DNA of 64,000 nucleotides from Octopus sinensis. Its lineage: Eukaryota. Every line of letters starts with the position of its first letter. The stretch's first letter is position 1. Positions 49,754-63,340 of this stretch are shown here, piece by piece. The notes under the pieces were generated by a model. It saw only the letters and a list, made by a program, of their open reading frames with translations, was not told the DNA's origin and ran no database searches. The position numbers were made by a program, and so were the translations under genes. The DNA lies in NCBI RefSeq assembly GCF_006345805.1, contig NC_043009.1:37200001-37264000 (forward strand), given 5' to 3'.

Positions 49754-50619
49754 GTGTGTGTTGCGTTCCATTACTTGATAAATGAAAAAATGTATAAACA
49801 AACGACCTAACGTATATTGAATGTAAAGACGAACGGAAGACACATATATCATCTCAACCCCGTTAGCACAAATTATCACCGGTACCACTGCACCCACCGC
49901 TATTATTGCTTCCACCTCTGCCACGGCATCCACCTCCATCACATCAAATATATAAAGATGTATATGCTTTACATAGTTATAGGATATTTTTCATTGCTTA
50001 TCGACCTATGAGTAATTATAAACGTTAATTGACTGAAAAGGATTAGAGGCATTATTCTGGATGATATTTCAGAGAATGAAAAATAAACCCACGCCATAAT
50101 TATTTAAACTCTAAGAAATTCAGAACATTATGGCCGAATGAACATGATAATCACAGTTAAATTTTGGTTTCATTGAAAGATCAGTTGTGAACACGCTTAC
50201 ACGAGCAGATATTTACAATTTCACAGAAACTGAAAGATTTTAATACATATTGGCCGCGGGAAATCTGTATGATAAAAACTAAAGTAAAAAGAATATAATT
50301 CTCCAAAGTTTATGCACAAATCTGGATAACAAAATCGTTGTTGCAGGAAAATGTTTAATTGTATGTATGTGCGTGTGCCCACGCATGTGTGTTTATGTGA
50401 AGTTATGAAAGCAATTTAACATTAGACTGCAGGATTACTCAATACTTTTTAGTAGAGTACCCATGAGATTGGAGAGGAAGTCCTGTTACATTTTTGACAT
50501 GAAAACTATGAGGATACTTTTCCTATACTTACGGTGCAATAAACATTAATTTTTACTAGCTAATATTTTCTTTTGTTTTCTTTGCATAATACTTCATACC
50601 ATAGGGATTAAATTCGTAT

Positions 50620-51360
50620 TGATTTTATTATTTTATGATGAGTCTAGATCTGAGCATATCAAACACAGCATGCTGTATGAATTCAAAAAGGACTCTAGAG
50701 CAACAGAAGCAGTAAGGAATATTCGCTCTCTCTATGGAAATAAGCCTTAAGTTTCCGGACCTGCCAACCTTGGTTTGGCCCGTTTCGTTCTGGGAATTTT
50801 TCTCTTGCAGACTCCTCTCGATCTGGACAAACAAGTTCTCTCAATATCAGCCTTCTGAAAACCATCATAAAACACGATGAAGTAGGAAACATGTTAAAAC
50901 TTGGTCGGTAGGACCTTCATCATCTAACTGCTTCGTAGCTTAATCAAAGCGTTGTCATCTGCTCATTATTGAAAATTAGGCTCGCTACCAAAACATTCCT
51001 GGGTAGAATCATCATGAGAAATGAAAAGTGGTCCGTCTATAATTATATCCAATGTAAACGTTAATGGTTAGTACCCAAGGAAAATGCAGAACCTATTTCC
51101 ACACCAAGACCACCCCCGAAAAAAGTTATACTCTGTATTTGATGGAATATAAATGTTAAACAAAAACGAAACAGTTAATGCGGAGATATATTGTTGTCAA
51201 TTAGAAGCATTAGAGAAAAGCATCTATTATTGGTCAATCATTAAAGAATATTGCTTTAACACGATAATGCAAGACAACATATTGCAAAAGCTATCGGAAA
51301 AAGATTGTGGCACTAAATATGGAAGTTTTGTTTCAACTTCTTTATTCTCCTAACTTGCAT
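50620..51360 (+). mobile_element. Decayed mariner transposase
   Basis: MLYEFKKDSRATEAVRNI, RSGNFSLADSSRSG, NEKW, ETVNAEIYCCQL. Confidence 0.75.
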
Positions 51361-51502
51361 AGCAACATTGTTTGGAGGGCCAAGTCACTCAGAAAAAGAG
51401 TGACACTAAATATGTTTTACCTCAAGCTTCTTACTCCTCCACCACCACCACCACGCTCCCTTTGACTAATATGTTTCCAGATCATTCCAACATTATTTGG
51501 AG

Positions 51503-51728
51503 GGCGCAGGAGTGGCTCTGTGGTAAGTAGCTTGCTTACCAACCACATGGTTCCGGGTTCATTCCCACTAAGTGGCATCTTGGGCAAGTGTCTTCTACTA
51601 TAGCTTCGGGCCGACCAAAACCTTGTGAGTGGCTTTGGTAGACGGAAACTGAAAGAAGCCCGTCGTATATATGTATATGTGTATACATATATATATATAT
51701 ATACGTGTGTGTGTGTGTTTGTGTGTGT

Positions 51729-51786
<58 letters not shown>

Positions 51787-52000
51787 TTGTGTGTCTGTGT
51801 TTGTCCCCCAACATCGCTTGATAATCGATGCTGGTGTGTTTACATCCCCGTAACTTAGCGTTTCGGCAAAAGAGACCGATAGAATAAGTACTAGGCTTAC
51901 AAAGAATAAGTCCTGGGGTCGATTCGCTCGACTAAATGCCGTGCTCCAGCATGGCCGCAGTCAAATGACTGAAAGAAGTAAAAGAGAGTAAAAGAATAAA
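51503..52000 (+). mobile_element. SINE type B with expanded (TG)n
   Basis: Family consensus head and tail. Confidence 0.9.
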
Positions 52001-52438
52001 AGAAGGAAAACAATTTATAAATTGTGAAGAGTTAAGAATGGTATTGAGTGTTTATTTGCTTCGAACCATCAAGAATTTTATGTCCGAAGGAGTAACAATT
52101 TGTCAAATAAATGGGATTATGCTAACAATAATGAAGGGACATATTATTGTGATTAAATGTATCAATTTAGACCAAGGAAGCATTTCTCTCATTCCCATCT
52201 TGAAATGCGAAAGGACTTTCTTTCCAAAGGTTTATTGGTTTTTATCAAGAAAATGTTGGCAATAAAAATGTAGGTGCCGGCGTGGCTATGTGGTAAGAAG
52301 CTTGCTCCCACCCACATGGCTCCAGTTTCAGTCCCACTGCGTGACAAGTGTCTTCTACTATAGCCTCGGGACGACCAAAGACTTATGAGTGGATTTGGTA
52401 GGCGAAAACTGAAAGAAACCCGTCGTATATATATATAT

Positions 52439-53411
52439 TGATACGAGTAGGTCAACTGGTAAACAACTGCTTTTGACCTACTTTGCTGGCTTGGAGTCTG
52501 GAAGTCTACAATCTAAAGTTATTGTCCTTTGTTCTGTCAGATTCACGAAAGAGTGATGGCTTTTGGAAATACCCCTACCCTTTTGCCGGTCAGGGAAGGG
52601 TCAAGGAAACTACCCTATAAAAAAAGGCAGGAGCTGTGAGTCTGTCAGTCAGTTCAGCCGGAGAAATTGAGGTGGTAACAAGGCAGATGGGATTACGATG
52701 GAAGCGGCCAGTTGAGAAAGACAGACACACAATCTGAGAGATGATAAGCGAGAGCGTGACAGTGACAGCGTTGAGAAAGACAGACACAGAGGACTGAGAG
52801 CGAAGATGGGATTACGGCTTGAGGCGGCGACGGCTATTATAGTAGGAATTGAAACGGTATGTGTTGTTGAGTTGTGTTGAAATGTAAAAGAATTGATATG
52901 TGAATTAAGTAAAAGACTTGCTGATGTGTTATAAAGAACAGTGCTAAAGAGACTTTAAAAGAAGGAGAAATACTTTGAACTGTAACGTGAATTGTTGTGA
53001 TTTGAACATTGTATAATGTATTGAACTGTTCTGATTGGACTGTAACGTATCGTGAACATTATTTGATCTGAACTTATTTGTCTATGAACATTGTATATTG
53101 TATCTGCATGTTTGAATGCTTTGATTTGTTGTATACCTGATGTAACTGGGTTTTATTTGATGTTGTAATAATTGTTATAAACCGTTGTTAAATGTAACCA
53201 ATTGCCTTCCGCCGTTTCTCTTTGTGTCTCTTCTTCCTACTGTTGTTGTTGTTGTTGTTTAGTATCTCCGGTCGCCGGTTTCGCTGCTGCCATTCTTCCC
53301 CGCCGAATTCTCTCCTTTCCGTGGCGAACTCTTCCCCGATCGATCGAGCCGGTCAATCGTCGTCGCTCGACTTGGTAGGGTCCCGGGTTGAGCAACGGCA
53401 GGTTCGTAACA
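52439..53411 (+). mobile_element. Solo LTR (~973 bp)
   Basis: Ends TGATACGA...TCGTAACA; ATAT on both sides; TATAAAA at ~52617; no coding region. Confidence 0.7.
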
Positions 53412-53443
53412 ATATATATATATCTATATATATATATATATAA

Positions 53444-53492
<49 letters not shown>

Positions 53493-53731
53493 TCTATATA
53501 TATACACACACATATATATATTGGAAGGTTTGGAGATGATGTACAGTATTTATTTTAGACAGAAAAGACGTACTCAGAATATATATATATACTATAATAT
53601 ATATATATATATATATCTATATATATATATATTATATATATTATATATCTATATATATATATCTATATATAATATATAGTATATATATATATATATATAA
53701 TCTATATATATAATAATATATATATATAGAT

Positions 53732-53763
<32 letters not shown>

Positions 53764-53767
53764 TATC

Positions 53768-53806
<39 letters not shown>

Positions 53807-53839
53807 TCTATATATATATATATATATATAATGTATGCG

Positions 53840-54150
53840 TGAGGGCGTGGCTTAGTGGTTAGGGCATCGGCTCATGATCGTAGGTTGTGAGTTCGATTCC
53901 GGCGACCGTTGTGTCCTTGAGCAAGACGCTTTATTTCACGTTGCTCCAGTCCACTCAGCTGGCAAAAATGAGTTGTACTTGTATTTCAAAGGGTCAGCCT
54001 TGTCACTCTCTGTGTCACGCTGATTATCCCCGAGAACTACGTTAGGGACCGTGTCTGTGGAATGCTAGGGCCTTTGCACGTTAATTTCACAGCAAGCTGT
54101 TCCGATTATCGTATCAGCTGGGACCCTCGTCGTCGTAACCGGCGGAGTCT
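53840..54150 (+). mobile_element. SINE type D
   Basis: GAGGGCGTGGCTTAGTGGTTAGGG head, GTCCTTGAGCAAGAC body, type A tail. Confidence 0.8.
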
Positions 54151-54564
54151 TTTATATGTATGCATGTATATGTGTGTATGTATGTATGTATGTATGTATA
54201 TATATATATATATATATATCTATATATATATATATATATCTATATAATATATATGTATGTATGTATATGTGTGTATTTGTCCCCCCACCATCATCTAACA
54301 ACCCACGTTGGTGTGTTTACGTCCCTCTAACTTAGCAGTTCGGCAAAAGGGAAGGATAGAATAAGTACTAGGTTTGCAAAGAATAAGTGCTGGGATCGAT
54401 TCGTTCGACTAAAGGCGGTGCTCCACCAAGACCGCAGTCAAATGACTGAAACTAGTAAAAGAAGGATTTCGAATTTCCATTTGATGACGGCTGATAAGCA
54501 AAACCTCCGAAGTCATTGTGAACCCTTTATTGCAAAACATACATACATACATACATATATACAT

Positions 54565-55800
54565 CACGTGTCACTAAAGAATATTATAGCCGAATAAAGA
54601 AAATTTGGACCGCGGAACACTCTGCATTCAATAAAACAGTGGCCTACAACGTGTTTTTGGTGCCAGTACTCATACCAATATTTGGGCTGCTAGACTGGAC
54701 ACTTGATGAGATCCAAGCCATTGTGGTGAAAACTCAGAAGATACTAACAAGCTCACATAATTTCCGCATCAACAGTGATGTAAGCCGTCTTTATCTAAAA
54801 CGAAAACAAGACGGCAGAGGCTTAACATCGATCCAAACTGCCTTTGACTGTCGTATCATATCCCTTCAGCAACATCTTTTAACCATCAAGTGTCGAAGTG
54901 AATCCCTTGACCAAGTTTGCATACATGAGGCCGATAACAGCATTAGACTTGGCGGGCAGCTCTTTGAGCAGCATTCTCTGTTTGATAACCTTAATTACAT
55001 CCCCAAAAAAGTCGCACGTCTCTACTGCAACATACCATCACATGAAAGGATGAGCTTATATCAGTGGAAGACTAATGCATGGATATGTTAGTAGAAAGCT
55101 CCAAGGTGATAGTAACATTGATCATTAAAGCAGTCTATCATGGACCAATAACCGGATTACTAACTCCCACTTTGAAAGGTATGTGTTTGCAATACAGGAA
55201 CAGGAAATATCAAATACCTGATGCTCAAAAGGGACAGAGATGCAGGAAAAGCCGTTAAATGTGACAACCGATGCAGACCTTGTGGGGTTAACACCGAAGA
55301 TATCACCCACATCATAAGCAGTTGTCCTAAAAATGTCATCTCTGTATTATCTACCCATAAAACATGAAATCCGTCGTAAGGATATCTCCGAGGACAAAGA
55401 AATAAGAACCCACAGTATGGTAGAAGCCATAGCCACTCATAATAAAAGGAGTACGGGTGGAATGTACCAGTGACTCAATAAAATCCAAACACAGGAGACT
55501 TGACATAATGAGTTGGGATAAGAAGAGAAACTGTATACAGTTGTGGAAATTAGCTGCCCAGCGGATGTTAACATAAAGCTGAAGATCAGTGAAAAATAGA
55601 ATACCTACACTGAACTATGGAGAAATCTGAAGTTACCTTATCCAGATTACAAGTTCAGGTTTATACCTGTAATTATTGGGGCACTGGGATATGTAACACA
55701 CTGCCTAAATACCAACCTTGAGAAATTAGGCTTCTCAAAACCAGAAAGGAGAAAGCTGATTCGAAGACTACAGATCCAAATGATAAACTTCTGAAAAGTT
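54565..55800 (+). mobile_element. 5'-truncated REL-endonuclease LINE (R4/Dong-like)
   Basis: SDVSRLYLKRKQDGRGL, FAIQEQEI, CDNRCRPC, VVEISCPAD, IPVIIGALG; frameshifted; preceded by (CATA)n. Confidence 0.85.
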
Positions 55801-56181
55801 TTATACATACGCACGCATGCATACACACGAACGCACGCACACACGCACATACGCATACGCACGCACACACTCACCCACATACGCATACGCACGCACGCAC
55901 ACATGACAGACCTTTGTACATTTTTTACGTTCCAAATTTCACTAAGTTGTTGGCCAACCTCCAAAATGTGACGGTATATAATTTAGAATTTATATAATTA
56001 AAGTTATATTCTTGACTAAATGTTCAAACATTATTTACTTTCGGCTCTCAATAGACTTTATTCAAATCATGCTTAAAGTCAACAAAATAAAAACGTGTAA
56101 ATCATCTGCACAATGTTACAAACCAATAATTAGAAAGCAAATCCACAACAATGTTGTAACGACAATATTTGGCGAAACAAA

Positions 56182-56610
56182 GGCGGCGAGCTGGCAAAAA
56201 CGTTAGCACGCCGGGCGAAATGCTTAGCGATATTTCGTCTGCCTTTACGTTCTGAGTTCAAATTCCGCCGAGGTCGACTTTGATTTTCATCCTTTCGGGG
56301 TCGATAAATTATGTACCAGTTACGCACTGGGGTCGATGTAATCGACTTAATCCCTTTGTTTGTCCTTGTTTGTCCCCTCTATGTTTAGCCCCTTGTGGGC
56401 AATAAAGAAATAAGAAACGTTAGCACACCGGGCGAAATGCTTAGCGATATTTCGTCTCTCTTAACGTTCTGAGTTCAAATTCCGCCGAGCTCGACTTTGC
56501 CCTTCATCCTTTCGGATTCGAAAAATTAAATACCAGTTGCGCACTGGGGTTGATCTAATCGACTGGCTCCGCCCCCAAAATTTCGGGCCTTGTGCCTAGA
56601 GTAGAAAAGA
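56182..56610 (+). mobile_element. Tandem (dimeric) type C SINE
   Basis: Full copy 56182-56412 directly followed by a second body 56413-56610 with the alternative CCCCCAAAATTTCGGGCC tail. Confidence 0.85.
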
Positions 56611-56805
56611 ATATTAGAAGAAACAATCGAGGTATTGAATAGTATTTACAAACGCGTAGCTAAAATTCTTCATTGTTGTGTCTGTAATGGAAATAGTCGT
56701 CCTATTACTGCCTTTTCTACAAATTTAAATAAATTAAATATGAATTAAAATATTAAAAAGTTTATAAAATAATATACAAAGCATGATTGTGTTAGTTCAG
56801 AAGCT

Positions 56806-56950
56806 CACTTTGCAATCTTGTGGTTTTGTTCCACTGCGGGACACCCTGGGCGAATGTCATCTATTATAGCCCCGGTTCGACTCATGCCTTCTGAGCAAAT
56901 TTGGTAGACGGAAATTGTGTGGAATCCCTTCGTATACATATGTAGATAAG

Positions 56951-57022
<72 letters not shown>

Positions 57023-57220
57023 GTGTGTTTGTGATCATTAACGTGTGACAACCGGTTTTGACTTATTTTTGTCTATGACACTTAGTGGTTCGGCAAAAGA
57101 GACCGACAGGAAAAGTATCAGACTTATAAGTACTAGAGTTAGAGTCAATTTCTTCGTTTAAAATCTTCAAAACGGTGTTCCAGCATGGCCGCAGTTCAAT
57201 GAGAGAAACAAGTAAAAGAC
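56806..57220 (+). mobile_element. Old type B SINE
   Basis: TTTGGTAGACGGAAA, GGTTCGGCAAAAGAGACCGA and CCAGCATGGCCGCAG motifs. Confidence 0.7.
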
Positions 57221-57277
57221 GTAGAAATAGAAGAAAAAAAGATTTACAATCAAATTTAGACTAAAATTATTTCATAC

Positions 57278-57389
57278 CTATGTTGGGATCTTTGGCAAAT
57301 TCTTCATAGTTGTCATACACGTTTGGTATTTTAAATTCCTCTGCAAATTTCTTAGCTTTCTCTAAAGATTTGGATACCACCGCAATTAT
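57278..57389 (-). CDS. DHDH: DHDH-like paralog C exon 2 (exon 1 not found in window)
   Basis: tctag|IIAVVSKSLEKAKKFAEEFKIPNVYDNYEEFAKDPNI+G|gtatga; 32/37 aa identical to B exon 2; first ~35 nt of the intron also similar to B. Confidence 0.92.
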
Positions 57390-57520
57390 CTAGATGAAAA
57401 AAAAAGCAAATAATTTTGAAATAAGCAATTAAGTTTTGGTCTTTTTATGGTAAATAAAATTGTCGATACTTTGTTGATGCACTACTACTACTGCGACTAC
57501 TACTACAACAGCTGTTGCTG

Positions 57521-57587
<67 letters not shown>

Positions 57588-57594
57588 ACATTAT

Positions 57595-58290
57595 GTCTAT
57601 GAAATATCCCGTCAATAAGAACGGAGTCTCACCCCTTTATAGACTTTGTGATGGAAAAGATATCACCAGCCTCATATTTGAATGTAGTAAACTTGTACAA
57701 AGAGAATACAAACGAAGATACAATATTGTACACGAGTTCATAGTAAATGATGAAAAGAATGTAATAATATAATAAGATATAATATAATAATTATATTATA
57801 ATAGTATAATATAATATGCTAATATATGTATAATAGTATATGTTGGTGAGAGTTGAAAGGTAGTACAAACATCAATCGAAATGCAGTGGGTGAAAACGAA
57901 GATGCTAAGTTGTGAAATTGCAGTACTCAGTGTGTTCATATGATTGAGGCAGGAAGGCCAGACATTGTTATCGTATAAAAAAAGGAAATACAGAGCACAA
58001 TAGCGGACGTAATATCTCCTAGTGACAACAGAATACATGAGAAAGAACAGGAAACGATTGAGAAATACCAAAAACCCGAATGTAATGTTGAAAGAATGTG
58101 GTACATAAGAAAGAGTTGAAATTGCGTCATTGGTAGTGGGTGCTCTTGATACAATGATGTACAAAATAGGAATGAAATTATGAATAGGATGAACTGGAAT
58201 TGAAATTAGAACTAAACTATCATAGAAAATCAAATCGCATTATTAAGAACTACTAGGACTGCTAGGATTATAAGAAGGCGCTAAAAATTG
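57595..58290 (+). mobile_element. REL LINE C-terminal remnant flanked by (CTA)n arrays
   Basis: RLCDGKDITSLIFECSKLVQREYKRR; RPDIVIV..KE...IADVISPSDNRIHEKEQE.IEKY. Confidence 0.7.
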
Positions 58291-58433
58291 AGTTGGTGGA
58301 AAATGCATCCCCACCACCACTTCTACCTCCAAATATTTTCGTTGGTCGTGCCCTTTACACAAGATTTTCCTACAATCCTACAACAACTATGACTGCCACT
58401 ACTACTACTGTCGCTGCTGCTGCTGCTACTACT

Positions 58434-58482
<49 letters not shown>

Positions 58483-58884
58483 ATTTCGCCTATAAAAAAC
58501 TTCCCCACTAGTTTTATGTCGTGTCTTCATTGATTGATCTGTCAAAGTCTTTCGTTACACATCTGTAATCTTTTTCCTGCAACTGTTTTCTTTTTGTGGG
58601 GAGTGGAAAGATGAGGAAAAGATAAACATTCTATATTGATGGCGAATTTATAAAGCTGTGTGTGTATGTATGTACGTATGTGTTCATAGTTGTGCTTGCA
58701 TATGCCCTATGTAGCAGGAGTAGTGATCATCAGTAGGGTGGTATAAGTACACATAAGTTTGTGAGCGCATGCAAATATTTAACTTTTTTTCTTTTTCATT
58801 TTTATTCTTTTGGCAACTTGACTGAATTGAATTTATGGCGTTATCGATCAATAGATAAGCTGTTGTAGATTTAGGTGTACGGCT

Positions 58885-59244
58885 GTGGAGGCGCAATGGC
58901 CCAGTGGTTAGGGCAGCGAATTCGCGGTTTCCATTCCCAGACTGGACGTTCTGAGTGTTTATTGAGCGAAAACACTTAAAGCTCCACGAGGCTCCGGCAG
59001 GGCGTGGTGGCGAACCCTGCTGTACTCTTTTACCACACCTTTCTCTCACCCCTTCCTGTTTCTGTTGTATTTCAAAGCGCCAGCCTTGTCACACTCTGTG
59101 TCACGCTGAATCTCCCAGAGAATTACATTAAGACTACACGTGTCTGTGGAGTGCTCAACCACTTGTACGTTAATTTCACGAGCAGGCTGTTCCATTGATC
59201 GGATCAACTGGAGCCCTCGTCATCGCAACCGACGGAGTGCCACG
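58885..59244 (+). mobile_element. SINE type A, older
   Basis: Perfect 12-bp TSD AGGTGTACGGCT (58873-58884, 59245-59256). Confidence 0.9.
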
Positions 59245-59334
59245 AGGTGTACGGCTACCATTGTTAGTTCATCTTCTGTTATTTTTCTCACGGTATCCAA
59301 TGTATCCATAGTTGTCACAATTCTGTCTGCTGGG

Positions 59335-59735
<401 letters not shown>

Positions 59736-59787
59736 GTCTCCCTGTCTATCTATCTACCCGTCAGTCTGTCTAATTATCTATCTATCC

Positions 59788-59955
59788 TAGGCGCAGACAT
59801 GACTGAGCGGTAAGAAGCTTGCTTCTGAACCACATAGTTCCGGGGGGTTTCAATGTCACTGCGTGGCACCTTGCGCAAGTGTCTTCTACTATAGCCTCGG
59901 GTCGATCGAAGTCTTGTAAGTGGATTTGGTAGACTGAAAGAAGCCTGTCGTATGT
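59788..59955 (+). mobile_element. Type B SINE head
   Basis: AGGCGCAGACATGACTGAGCGGTAAG...CAAGTGTCTTCTACTATAGCC. Confidence 0.75.
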
Positions 59956-60183
59956 TGTGTGGTGCCACCATACATACTATATATGGTGTGTGTGTGTGTG
60001 TGTTGTGTGTGTGTGTGTGTGTGTGGTGTGTGTGTTGTGTGTGTTGTGCGTGTGTTTGTGTGTTGTGTGTGTGTGTTGTGTGTATATATAGAGAGAGAGA
60101 CAGGCAGACAGATAGTTCTCTTTAGCTGACTAGCTGGCTGGCTACCTGTCCTTCTGTCTGCCTTTCTGTTCATCTGTATACTG

Positions 60184-60237
<54 letters not shown>

Positions 60238-61414
60238 ATTGATGTTATTTGCATATGTCGTTAATTTATCTTATCTCCAATGATTCGTTCTTTTATCTCT
60301 AAGGTGAGATGAAGTACATATTAATATTAGTTAATCGTATTATCTCTGAAGTCGGGGTAACGTAAGTAATCAAATTTGATAATCCATCGGAATTTTAAGA
60401 ACTGTGGGAATAAAGACAGAAGTTCTATTTCGGCATTATTTATTGATTCATTGCGTTGTGTTTAGACAATGTTGGTAGCGAATAGATGCTGTCGACTTTT
60501 TTTCTTGTCCACATTACTTTCCCATAATGCCAGGTGTTTCTCTAAAATAGGTAATAATTCCTTTAGACTTCTGTTCTATAATAATAACTGAGAGGCAAGG
60601 CCTTTTGGATGAAGGTATATTGACCGCAATTCGTGATAAAACGATATCAAAAATGATGGAAAACACTAATGTCTAATTCTATACTTATTTTGCCACTCCT
60701 TATTATTGCATAAATAACGCATAAAGGTTGACTGAAGTTAAATAACCATAGCAAGATCATTTGTTTTTGGCTGTTCTATTGTAACCAAATAATAGATACT
60801 AATATATTTTGGTAGCCCGTATTGACTGTCTATGAATCACACGAATGGACGTATATATTCTGCCATATGTTAAGGGAATCAAATTTAGGAGATATGCTCT
60901 AAATTCAAGCAATACAAAATAGGTGTTTAATTCGCGTCAGTTTCAAACTTAATTGAATTTTTGTTAGAGAATGTAGGGAATGATATAGCATATAACTACT
61001 TTAGATCACAGGTATAATATGTCCGCTCAACAGAGGAGCCAGGCAGGCAGCAATTTGATATAAGCATTAGGTCACTGATATAGTGTTATCTTTCCTCTAT
61101 CTCTGCATCACTGAACAATCCTTAGAAATTAACGTTAATTGCTTTAACCTCATCAATTTTGGAACGTCTGCTAATATCATGGATACTCCCCTCTCTTATC
61201 CCATAAATTTCAAAAGATAACAGAGGAGACTCCAGGGTGAATCGTACATCACTTTATTCTCTTTTCTAATGTCAGAAGCATGGTTTGACTTCATTAACTT
61301 CAAATTTATAAAATATGCATGTGTGCGTATGTGACTCTTCATACTGAAAATCAGAGGATGCAAGCTGAAACGTCAAGCGATATAATTAAGGTAGGTATAT
61401 AGAACCTGAAATTG

Positions 61415-61422
61415 TATGTTGT

Positions 61423-61512
<90 letters not shown>

Positions 61513-61515
61513 ATG

Positions 61516-61585
<70 letters not shown>

Positions 61586-61904
61586 TATGTCTGTATGTAT
61601 GTATATATATATATATATATAGATATATATATATATATAGATATATCTAATATATATTTATGGAGGTATGTATGTCATGTATGTCTGTATGTATGGTATG
61701 TAATGTATATATATTATTATATATCTATATTATATATTGATAGAGAATGTAGTATGTATGTCGTATGTATGTCTGTATGTATGTATGTATGTAGGTTATG
61801 TATTTATGTATGTATCTATATTATATATATATATTACTATAATATATATACTATATGTATTATGTATGTATGTATGATGCTAGTATGTATGTTAGGTATT
61901 TATG

Positions 61905-61955
<51 letters not shown>

Positions 61956-62029
61956 ATTATATATATATATATATGTATGTATGTAGTATGTATGTATGTA
62001 TGTATGTATATTATGTATGTATGTATATA

Positions 62030-62067
<38 letters not shown>

Positions 62068-62120
62068 TGGCGTATATATATATATATCTATTATCTACGC
62101 ATACATATATATTTTATATA
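61415..62120 (+). repeat. Long degenerate (TA)n/(TATG)n tract
   Basis: Direct reading; the noisy pattern may include assembly error. Confidence 0.9.
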
Positions 62121-62131
62121 TAGAATCGCAC

Positions 62132-63340
62132 ACAGGGTGTTCGGCTTAAATCTGATGGTTTGCACAAAAGGAAAAGAAAGCACTATATCTCAATCAAAAA
62201 CAAAAGTTGTTTTTTTTTTAAATCATAAAACATCAACTAGATTATGGCTGGGAGATAACTGTTTCCTCAAAAGTAATCGCCCTCAGCTCCCACCACGGCC
62301 TTAAAACGGCTCCGGAATCTGGTTCATGCGTTCATCAGTGTCCCTGGGAAGATCTTCGAACACCTCCTTGATCTTGTCTACCATCTCAGCCTTGGTATTA
62401 CAGACAGAGCAGTTGGTATCTTTCTTAACCGCGCCTCACACGTAGTAAGTCATGTTTGTTTGTTCCTTCTCGAGCCATACCTGGCTCATAAGGGCCGGTT
62501 TCCCGGTTTCCTTGGCGTATAGGTTCCCCACCTGGACGGGACGCCGGTCCATTGCAGGTGAGCTGCAAGATGCAGAAGGAAAGAGTGAGAGAAAGTTGTG
62601 GCGAAAGAGTCAGCTGAAGTTCGCCATTACCTTCTGCCGGAGCCGCACGGAGCTTAGGTGTTTCGCTCATAAACACACACATCGCCCTGTCTGAGATTCG
62701 AACCCGCAATCCCTCGACCGTGAGTCCGCTGCTCTAACCACTAGGCCATGTGCCTCCACTAGTAAGCCGTGCGATTACAATCGGGAGAATTAGGAAGCCA
62801 GAAAATGGGGCTGGTGAAATCGTAGAAATTCCCCGACAACTACTTCCGATTCTTTCCGAATACAGCAAGGAGTCAAATCCTGATCCCACACTTATGAGCT
62901 CCCTCGGCAACTCTTTCCAGTCAGCGTTTGACTACAGTCTCCAGCAGCTTCACATAGCCGTCGGAATTTAGTCTGAAGCCCTGTTCAAATACGTGGAGCG
63001 GCATGATGTCACCCTGACAGGAGACACCCCCAAACCATGACAGTTTTGGGGAACATCGTTTACATGACGATTATGTCACCACTTACAGAATTTACAGTGT
63101 TCACAGAGCATTGAGCAGCAGTCATGTTGTCGGATTTTGATACCCGGCGTGAATCATCATAACACAGGTAACTTTTTTTCCAATATTCAGATATTTTCCA
63201 ATCCCCCATGTTAGCTAACTTTTTCTCAACTACAGTTTTAGTCCTTATGTTCTCCAACGCCGTTGACCGTTCACCAATGCATAAAACTGTTCCTGAAAAA
63301 TGTAGATATAAATATCGTCAAATTTAATCCGAACACCCTG
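62132..63340 (-). mobile_element. maT/Bmmar1-like (DD37D-type) Tc1-mariner element, internally decayed
   Basis: TIRs CAGGGTGTTCGGcTTAAAT / ATTTAATCCGAACACCCTG; minus strand TVMVWG, WLPNSPDCN, YYVWGAV, KAVVGAEGDYF*. Confidence 0.75.
62451..62759 (-). mobile_element. SINE type E inserted in the maT transposase
   Basis: Type A-like head, V-domain-like tail; TAGTAAG on both sides. Confidence 0.8.

Larger units (their letters stand above)
52275..54462 (+). mobile_element. Type B SINE split by nested insertions (head 52275-52438, tail 54262-54462)
   Basis: The two halves join at the internal (TA)n tract of the family consensus. Confidence 0.75.

Noticed and set aside
60300-61400. Possible Penelope RT remnant with a GAAACGTC motif at ~61368
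   Set aside because: Too decayed to translate convincingly; the CUGANGA core and stems are not recoverable.
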